A stretch of DNA of 12,878 nt, taken from positions 1 to 12,878 of the forward strand of contig DASXQR010000018.1 in NCBI GenBank assembly GCA_036507075.1. The letters run 5' to 3'. Below, piece after piece: positions 6,777 to 12,878 of the stretch. Below the pieces are notes generated by a model that saw only the letters and a program-made list of their open reading frames with translations, was not told the DNA's origin and made no database searches. Positions within the stretch are counted from its first letter, which is position 1. Every line of letters begins with the position of its first letter. This DNA is from Acidobacteriota bacterium. Its GTDB lineage: Bacteria > Acidobacteriota > UBA6911 > JACQSX01. The position numbers and the translations under genes are program-made.

Positions 6777-8486
6777 TTACTTCCTGGCATCTCGATCAAA
6801 AGACTTTAGTCCGGCCGCTCGCCCGTTGAGCTCATAAATTGCGCCGTTTGTGAGCGAAACGATATAGACACCGCCACCGGGACTTGTTTTAATGTCGGTG
6901 ATCACACCAAAGTCTTTTCCGATCAGCAGGCTCTCGCTTTCGCCCATGTCGTGAAACGTTGCGTTATCGGCAACCAGATCCTGAAGCCGTGAATCGCTGA
7001 ATGAAAGCTTCTTGCGGTCAGCGGAAAGCTTAAACCGAAACAGCGGGCCGCCGAGCGGTTCCGGCACGGCAAAACCGACGAGCAAATCCCCGAAGTATTG
7101 CGACCCGAGTGCCTGCGAGCCGACAAAACCAATTCCCGCAGGAGCGAGCACGTGCTTCCAACTGAATTCGGGATCGCGATAGACAGACCCCGGCAGCACG
7201 AAGAGTCGGGCTAACGCCTCCTGCGGAGTATCCGCGATGCGGCTGGGCCCCCAGCGAAACTGCTGGAGATTCGGGAAATCCTCGTGGTGCAGGGAAGTTG
7301 TTTCGATGGCCTTGTACTGTGACACACGCTCCATGGGACCGATAATCTGAATCCATCCGCTGTTCATTCCGCGCTCGATCCGGTTGATCTCGTCGAAGGC
7401 ATCTTCTCCATTTTCCTCATCCCAGAGATTGCCCGATACAGGATCGAAAGCCATGCCGAAGCCGTTACGAACACCGTATGCCCATACTCTGCGCAGGTTG
7501 AATCCCACGTCGCCACCCACTGACTGGCCGTGCGTGAAGAAGGGGTTGTCGGCGGGTGCAGTCCCGTCGTCATTGAGTCTTAGAATAATTCCGGAAAAAT
7601 GAGTGAGATCAGGTGCAGGGCCGCCGAACTGATCATCGGCAACGGTGGGCCCTAACCCGGTTGCGGTAGGTCCCGATGGAAGATTCTGCATTTGTCCGCG
7701 GCGTCCGGCGTCTCCGAAGAAGGCGTATAACTTGCGGTCAGGACCAAATGCGAGTACACCGCCGTCATGGTTTCCCCGGGGCAGCTGATTTTCGTCGTCC
7801 TGATTTGGAGGAACGGGCGCGCCGTCATTTTGAAATGAGCGCAAGAAGATCAGGTTCTTTTCGAGCGTGAGTGTGGAGCCGTTCCACAGAAAGCTGTCGA
7901 TGCGGTTTCCCAGCAGGGGCGTTGCCAACATGTTATCCGTGTCGGCCCCGAAGAGATTACTTTGCAGAGTTTCGTCAGAATCACGATTTTTCAGGATCAA
8001 GTCAAAATCCAGGCAGGCGAGTTCCTGCGGGAAAAACGCGTTTGGCGGCGCTGTCGCCGTTCGGCATGACCAGAAAAGATAAACTCGAGGGTTGACCGGA
8101 AAGTCCGGATGCAATGCAATTCCAAGCAAGCCGCGTTCCGACGCGAAATTAACCGCAAGATCCAGCACCGTGCTTTGAACGGCGCCGTTTACGATTCGCA
8201 GAACCTTTCCGGTATCTTTCTCCAGTAGAAAAAAATCATTTGGTCCGAGAAAGGCCATGCTGATCGGGGTCTTGAGGCCGGAAATTACGGTTCGCAAACT
8301 CAAGTCTGGAACGGTCAACGTCGGCGCGGGATCCTGCGCGCTCACTGCCGGATTCACCATGAGCAGCATGGCGCCTGCGGTAATAAGAAGCAGACCGGCC
8401 CTGACAACCTTCGCGCCTCGCTGAAGGAGAGGAAATCCGGCGGTGATGTAATAGAGAAAACTTCGCACAGTGGTGTGTAGGAACAT
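6777..8486 (-). CDS. Exported PQQ-dependent sugar dehydrogenase (glucose/sorbosone dehydrogenase beta-propeller family)
   Basis: Motifs GLKTPISMAF, ERGLLGIALHPDF, NHDGGVLAFGPD, GIILRLNDDGTAPADNPF, AYGVRNGFGMAFDP, DEINRI..G.N.GW; signal-peptide-like segment ending VSA-Q. AAGGAGG at 8502..8496 is 9 nt from ATG 8486, favouring it over TTG 8492. Confidence 0.9.
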   Translation of the reverse strand: MFLHTTVRSFLYYITAGFPLLQRGAKVVRAGLLLITAGAMLLMVNPAVSAQDPAPTLTVPDLSLRTVISGLKTPISMAFLGPNDFFLLEKDTGKVLRIVNGAVQSTVLDLAVNFASERGLLGIALHPDFPVNPRVYLFWSCRTATAPPNAFFPQELACLDFDLILKNRDSDETLQSNLFGADTDNMLATPLLGNRIDSFLWNGSTLTLEKNLIFLRSFQNDGAPVPPNQDDENQLPRGNHDGGVLAFGPDRKLYAFFGDAGRRGQMQNLPSGPTATGLGPTVADDQFGGPAPDLTHFSGIILRLNDDGTAPADNPFFTHGQSVGGDVGFNLRRVWAYGVRNGFGMAFDPVSGNLWDEENGEDAFDEINRIERGMNSGWIQIIGPMERVSQYKAIETTSLHHEDFPNLQQFRWGPSRIADTPQEALARLFVLPGSVYRDPEFSWKHVLAPAGIGFVGSQALGSQYFGDLLVGFAVPEPLGGPLFRFKLSADRKKLSFSDSRLQDLVADNATFHDMGESESLLIGKDFGVITDIKTSPGGGVYIVSLTNGAIYELNGRAAGLKSFDRDARK

Positions 8487-8716
8487 TATCAAGGACCTCC
8501 TTCGGTCGCCCTATTGTTACGTTAATATTTGAATCGTACTGCGGAAGGAAGAAGAGGCAAGAGGATGGAGAGAGTAAAAACCTCTTTTCCAGATTCTTCT
8601 GGAATGCACTCTATCGATCGGGGCAGCGTGATCCAGAAAATTGGACTATGAGACTTCGTTAATCCAATTTCTGCGAAGTGCGCGCGGCGTGAGGTCTTGG
8701 AAATTGAATTTCTGAG

Positions 8717-8794
8717 GAGCACGAATTGACACGAATTTCACGAACCTATTTGAAAGATTCGTGAAATTCGTGCCATTCGTGAAAATTCGTGCTC
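8717..8794. repeat. Palindromic element of tandem cacgaa/ttcgtg units
   Basis: Perfect 11-bp terminal inverted repeat gagcacgaatt (8717..8727) / aattcgtgctc (8784..8794); three cacgaa units left and four ttcgtg units right; overlaps the transporter stop codon. Confidence 0.9.
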
Positions 8795-10271
8795 AACTCC
8801 CCAACCACGACTGCAGCAAATTGCGGATTACGAAAAAGGAGAAAAAGGCATAAAAACCTGCACAGACAAGCAGCATCAATTCACGCCACAGAGGAGGGCG
8901 AACGGCGCGCGGAAGAAAGCGACGATTCACCAGAAAGATCTGAATGCCTCCAATCACGAGGACCATTCCGGCTATGTTGGCAAGGATCGTAAAGAGTTTC
9001 ATGGGTGAAGCGCTTCTGATGGCAATGACACCCCAGATAGAGAAGGCCGCAAGAATACCGTAATAGATCCGGCGAATACTGCCGCCCCGCCAGTCGCGCA
9101 GGCGCGGACTGGACATCCACAATGCGTCAGTGACGGTCCTGACAAGAATGTCGGTGTTGCCCAACTGGGTCTTGAACAATGTCCAGAACCCGTTAAAGAG
9201 TGTGAGAAACCAGAATCCGACCCAGGCCTTTTCTGCGAGGTACTTTGCCTGATAAGCCCCGGCGGCCAATCCCTGAAGATCGGTTCCGTGCGGGATAAGA
9301 CTGGTGGCAAGGTTCACGTTCAGGTACATGCCAAAGAAGCAAAACAACCCCCAGACCCAGATCTGATCGGCATGGATATAACGCATCCATTCGTTCCAGT
9401 GGCGCAGGCTGGATTCGTTCACTGCGAAGACCTTCCCTACGTGAGACAGCTTTATCTCATGCCCCCCGACGGCGCTTGGAATTGCTCCGACTTTCGCTCC
9501 CATGCCGAAACCTTTGTCGCGGACCCAATTGGAAACAGTCAGGTTCCCGATCCCGCCCGAACCCGCAGTTGCGGCCAGAGCTCCGATCAATAACCAGTCG
9601 ATCGGGTGAGGTATGCCCGAGAACTGAAAAAAACCGAGGAATGTTTGCCACCAGTGCGTCAACGGAACGTAGGCCAGGTTGACGAACACCAGAAAACTGA
9701 ACACGCCGGCCAGCATGGTCCAGGCAAAGTATTCGAGCATTTTCTCAATCGTCCCGCCGAAAGAGAGAATTCCCACCACCACAAAAATCAAGCCGGTCGC
9801 AATCCATGCTACGTCCCCGGCATCGGCGCGGGAGGAAGGAAGCCTGCCCGTCCAGGCGCTGAACAAAGTTGTCGCTGCTGATCCAGCCAGAGCAGGCCAT
9901 CCCAGTTGAAAAAAACCGACGATGGTGTAAAAGACCGCCCAGAATCTGGGACCGGGTTTAAGCCGCATGATGCCGCCATAGATCGGCTCTCCCGTGTAGA
10001 GCGTATAGCGCACCGCTTCAAGGTTGAAAATCACCTGCAGCAAAATTGAAACCGTAACGATGAGAAAAATGGACGACGAATATTTCACCGCGGCAGCGGG
10101 ACCGACCAGCCATTCACCTCCGCCGATGGACGCCGCCGCCAGCACGGCGCCGGGTCCTATGACCCGCAGCAGGTTTCTGAAATTGAAATGCGGCGGCGCG
10201 GGCAGTTCGTCTACTTCCCAGGGGGGAAGCTCGCCATGGCGTGTCGGCAGTGTTCCGGCCTCTTGCTGCAT
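8793..10271 (-). CDS. Nramp-like / APC-superfamily membrane transporter, substrate unknown
   Basis: 492 aa with roughly 11 hydrophobic segments; N-terminal IGPGAVLAAASIGGGEW and RYTLYTGE. Lacks the DPGN motif of true MntH. Confidence 0.75.
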   Translation of the reverse strand: MQQEAGTLPTRHGELPPWEVDELPAPPHFNFRNLLRVIGPGAVLAAASIGGGEWLVGPAAAVKYSSSIFLIVTVSILLQVIFNLEAVRYTLYTGEPIYGGIMRLKPGPRFWAVFYTIVGFFQLGWPALAGSAATTLFSAWTGRLPSSRADAGDVAWIATGLIFVVVGILSFGGTIEKMLEYFAWTMLAGVFSFLVFVNLAYVPLTHWWQTFLGFFQFSGIPHPIDWLLIGALAATAGSGGIGNLTVSNWVRDKGFGMGAKVGAIPSAVGGHEIKLSHVGKVFAVNESSLRHWNEWMRYIHADQIWVWGLFCFFGMYLNVNLATSLIPHGTDLQGLAAGAYQAKYLAEKAWVGFWFLTLFNGFWTLFKTQLGNTDILVRTVTDALWMSSPRLRDWRGGSIRRIYYGILAAFSIWGVIAIRSASPMKLFTILANIAGMVLVIGGIQIFLVNRRFLPRAVRPPLWRELMLLVCAGFYAFFSFFVIRNLLQSWLGS

Positions 10272-10533
10272 CAGTTAATCCTGCGCTGGTCAATCGCCAT
10301 AGGTGCCTCGCCGATTCCAACCCGAGCCAAGCATACGACACGCCGGCCGAGCAGCGCTACAGTACCGCGATCCGTTAGGTCGCGGCGCGCCAACCGGTCG
10401 AGTCTCATTCCAAGCCTCGCCAGGTGCCATCTCCAGACCCGCCACTCTGGCTTGCCGCAACCTTACGGATGCGGTACTGATGCGGCGTCAGCGCGGCTCA
10501 GGAATTTAATCTGCAGGGATGCTGTTGCAAGCC

Positions 10534-10542
10534 TGCTACAAT
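10534..10542 (+). promoter_or_regulatory. Putative extended -10 promoter of the sulfatase
   Basis: TG-C-TACAAT ending 8 nt before ATG 10551; no Shine-Dalgarno in between. Confidence 0.55.
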
Positions 10543-10550
10543 CACCGGTC

Positions 10551-12014
10551 ATGAAGCGCAGATCGATTCTCCGAGGCCGCCGCGCGGCGCTGCTCTGTAT
10601 CATCGCTGTTGGTTGTGTTCCTCTTGCGACGAGAGTGCCAATTGCGGCTACTGTTGGCAGGCAACAGCCACCTTCGGCGGAGCGTGCGCGCTCGGCCAGG
10701 CCCAATATCATTTTCATCATGGCAGATGATCTGGGTGTGGGGCACCTGGGATGCTACGGCCAGACACGGATACGCACCCCGAACATCGACCGTCTCGCGC
10801 AGCAAGGACTGCGTTTTGCGCAGGCATACGCCGGTTGCACGGTTTGCGCACCATCACGCAGCACATTAATGACAGGCCTGCACATGGGACATACGCCGGT
10901 GCGTCTCAATCCCGGCGGGATTCCACTGCGTGCCTCCGACATCACTGTTGCCGAGGTGCTCAAGAAGGCAGGCTACGCCACCGGAATTTTCGGCAAATGG
11001 GGACTGGGTGACGCCCGCACCACGGGCGTTCCCGAAAAACACGGCTTCGATGAGTCGTTCGGTTATCTGCACCAGGTGCACGCTCATTTTTACTATCCGG
11101 ACTACCTCTGGAAGAATGGGGCGAAATTTATTTTGCAGGAAAACTCCGGCGGCAAGCGAGGACGGTACTCTCACGATCTAATCGTCAGCGAGGCGCTGGA
11201 CTTTGTGCGCGCACACCGGGATCGCCCGTTCTTTCTTTATCTGGCGCCCACGATTCCGCATCTGGAGCTTTTGGTGCCGGAAGATTCACTGGACGAATAT
11301 CGCGGACGATTCCCTGAGACTCCGTTCCACGATCCGCGGGGCCACTACGCCGATCAGGCGACGCCCCACGCCGCCATTGCGGGAATGATCACTCGGCTCG
11401 ACCGGGGGGTGGGTCAACTGATGTCCCTGCTGGAGGAACTGAATCTGGACAAGAACACCATCGTGTTCTTTACTTCCGACAACGGCGCACAAAATGGATA
11501 TGCTACCGATCCGGACTTTTTCAAAGCGACCGGACTGTTTCGAGGGTACAAACAGGATTTCTATGAAGGTGGAATCAGGGTGCCGATGATCATCCGCTGG
11601 CCCGGACGTGTGCGCCCCGGGCGCATGACCGATCAGATATGGGCACACTGGGATTTCATGCCGACGGCGGCAGAAGTGGCCGGCTCACGAGCGCCTTCCA
11701 ATGTCGACGGCATATCGCTCCTTCCCACGATTCTTGACAAGCAGCAGAAGCAGCACTCCTTTTACTACTGGGAATTCGGTGATGCGGCAAAGCTGGCGCA
11801 GGCGGTGCGTGCGGGGGACTGGAAGGGCGTTCGCACGCGTCCCGGCGTCGCTCTGGAGCTGTACGACCTGAAGGCCGACCCGGGGGAGAAGCGCAATGTC
11901 GCCGCCGACCATCCCGACGTTGCAGCGCGCATCGAAAAGATTTTGAGAACTGCCCGCGTCGATCCGCCGCCGCAGATCGAACCTCCCAAGGAACCGGGAA
12001 AGAGTTACCAGTGA
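10551..12014 (+). CDS. Exported formylglycine-dependent (Cys-type) sulfatase, arylsulfatase A-like
   Basis: RPNIIFIMADDLG, CAPSRSTLMTG (CxPxR), GKWGLG, FTSDNG, YEGGIRVP, ELYDL..DPGE. ATG 10551 starts a basic then hydrophobic leader (MKRRSILRGRRAALLCIIAVG). The ORF-track start at 10188 overlaps the opposite gene. Confidence 0.93.
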   Translation: MKRRSILRGRRAALLCIIAVGCVPLATRVPIAATVGRQQPPSAERARSARPNIIFIMADDLGVGHLGCYGQTRIRTPNIDRLAQQGLRFAQAYAGCTVCAPSRSTLMTGLHMGHTPVRLNPGGIPLRASDITVAEVLKKAGYATGIFGKWGLGDARTTGVPEKHGFDESFGYLHQVHAHFYYPDYLWKNGAKFILQENSGGKRGRYSHDLIVSEALDFVRAHRDRPFFLYLAPTIPHLELLVPEDSLDEYRGRFPETPFHDPRGHYADQATPHAAIAGMITRLDRGVGQLMSLLEELNLDKNTIVFFTSDNGAQNGYATDPDFFKATGLFRGYKQDFYEGGIRVPMIIRWPGRVRPGRMTDQIWAHWDFMPTAAEVAGSRAPSNVDGISLLPTILDKQQKQHSFYYWEFGDAAKLAQAVRAGDWKGVRTRPGVALELYDLKADPGEKRNVAADHPDVAARIEKILRTARVDPPPQIEPPKEPGKSYQ

Positions 12015-12038
12015 CGCTGTCGGCAGTGGATTTTTTTT
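12015..12038 (+). terminator. Possible weak intrinsic terminator between convergent genes
   Basis: cgctg-tcgg-cagtg (5-bp stem with one G-U pair) followed by ga and T8. Confidence 0.35.
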
Positions 12039-12400
12039 CAGCGGGCAAACGGTACGATCCTGGAGCGAAGAATGGAGCGGTCGCGGGTAAGCAGGGGTAG
12101 TTTTTCGACAATGCTGGTGGCTGCAATGATTTCGTCTTCGGGGCCGGATTTGAAATCGAGCTGGGTGCTTATCCGGGCGATCTCCAGAGTGATTGGAACA
12201 ACTGAAATTGAGCGAAGCGCCTGGCGGAATTCGCTGCTGTCAAAATCGATCTGCAGGCGTCGCATCTGTGAAAGCTTTGCAAGCTCCCAGAGCACGATGT
12301 CGGAGATTGCCAGTGTTTCTGTCACGATGTGCTTTTCCTCGCGCGGCGTCAGCTCCCCGGCCAGCAGGGCGATCAGAATGTGAGTGTCAAGATTTAACAT
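12038..12400 (-). CDS. vapC: VapC-family PIN-domain ribonuclease toxin
   Basis: 120 aa; PIN acidic residues in LDTH, WELA, EDEIIAAT, LLTRD; overlaps the upstream antitoxin by 14 nt. Confidence 0.9.
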   Translation of the reverse strand: MLNLDTHILIALLAGELTPREEKHIVTETLAISDIVLWELAKLSQMRRLQIDFDSSEFRQALRSISVVPITLEIARISTQLDFKSGPEDEIIAATSIVEKLPLLTRDRSILRSRIVPFAR

Positions 12401-12617
12401 TCCATTTTGCGCCTGTGCTGAAGATGTTTCCCTTCACCTTGATCTTCGTCTTCATCGACCCGATCAGGCTGCGATTCTGCTCAGCCAATATGGGCGCCAC
12501 CCTGGCGATCGGCTTACCCCGTTTGGTTACGATGAGGCCCTGGGCATCGAGTTCGTCAAGAATCTTCAGACACTTGGCCTTGAACTCGGTCACGGTCATG
12601 GTTTTTGGGCCAGTCAT
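12387..12617 (-). CDS. Phd/YefM-family antitoxin
   Basis: 76 aa; N-terminal MTVTEFKAKCLKILDEL...LIVTKRGKPIARVAP typical of Phd/YefM DNA-binding domains; directly upstream of vapC. Confidence 0.9.
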   Translation of the reverse strand: MTGPKTMTVTEFKAKCLKILDELDAQGLIVTKRGKPIARVAPILAEQNRSLIGSMKTKIKVKGNIFSTGAKWNVKS

Positions 12618-12623
12618 GTCCGA

Positions 12624-12659
12624 ATACTAACAGATGACTGGTCAAATGACCAGTCATCT
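12624..12659 (-). promoter_or_regulatory. TA operon promoter/operator: extended -10 plus 28-bp palindrome
   Basis: agatgactggtca-aa-tgaccagtcatct (12632..12659, perfect 13-bp arms); minus-strand TG-T-TAGTAT at 12632..12624, 6 nt before the ATG. Confidence 0.8.
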
Positions 12660-12776
12660 CAACTTTTTTTTTTGTTATTTTGGCAAAGTTTTTCAAAACC
12701 GTCCACGTCTACGAGCCTACAGTGGCCGTAAGGCCATAACCAAAAAGGAGACTCAGAGCATTGAATTGCCGGTCTG

Positions 12777-12874
12777 GACGCTGAAAGCGTCAAATAGAGT
12801 AGCCGGGGGCAAGCGCGTTTTTTGCGCGCCGCCCCCGGTGAGCTTCCCCAAACCGGCGCACCCTGAAAGGGTGC
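12777..12874 (+). repeat. Composite GTAG-type REP-like element
   Basis: Hairpin gacgct-gaa-agcgtc (12777..12791), GTAG (12799..12802), palindrome ccgggggc...gcccccgg (12803..12838), second hairpin gcaccct-gaa-agggtgc (12858..12874). Confidence 0.8.
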
Positions 12875-12878
12875 CAGA

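Noticed and set aside
6333..6837. ORFs 6333..6728 (-), 6206..6514 (-), 6496..6837 (+) as real genes
   Set aside because: They translate repeats and hairpins, show no recognisable motifs and partly overlap real genes.
8793..10271. Calling the transporter mntH
   Set aside because: The DPGN and MPH metal-binding motifs are absent.
10188..10550. 121-aa N-terminal extension of the sulfatase ORF
   Set aside because: Overlaps the opposite-strand transporter start and looks non-protein-like; ATG 10551 has a promoter and a leader peptide.
12723..12776. Plus-strand gene start after hairpin tggcc-gtaa-ggcca and AAGGAG
   Set aside because: No suitably placed ATG; the nearest TTG frame stops within a few codons in the REP element.
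1..12878. Whole window as a composite transposon or defence island
   Set aside because: No transposase, integrase or visible target duplication; the terminal repeats look like REPs, and only one ordinary TA pair is present.

Overview
GC-rich bacterial DNA from a diderm (it encodes an outer-membrane porin). Gene content and repeat style suggest an Acidobacteriota-like environmental genome, which is inference only. The left half is a five-gene minus-strand putative operon: DUF4956-family membrane protein -> cytoplasmic two-HKD phospholipase-D-fold enzyme -> OprO/OprP-like phosphate porin with a Lys-rich extension -> exported CotH-family kinase -> Tat-exported purple-acid-phosphatase-like metallophosphoesterase. 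It resembles the DUF4956/VTC/CotH clusters, but the VTC polyphosphate-polymerase gene is absent and a PLD-fold gene sits next to DUF4956 instead. This is the best candidate for an undescribed envelope (poly)phosphate or extracytoplasmic phosphorylation system. The exported kinase and phosphatase both end in SRRRP, encoded by entirely different codons. The right half has a PQQ-dependent sugar dehydrogenase, an Nramp-like/APC transporter, a divergent formylglycine sulfatase and a phd/yefM-vapC toxin-antitoxin pair with a perfect palindromic operator. Most intergenic gaps carry short palindromic or tandem repeats of several families. One appears inserted in-frame in the CotH signal peptide, and inverted copies of a GTAG-type REP lie at both window ends. 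All family assignments come from motif recognition, not database searches.
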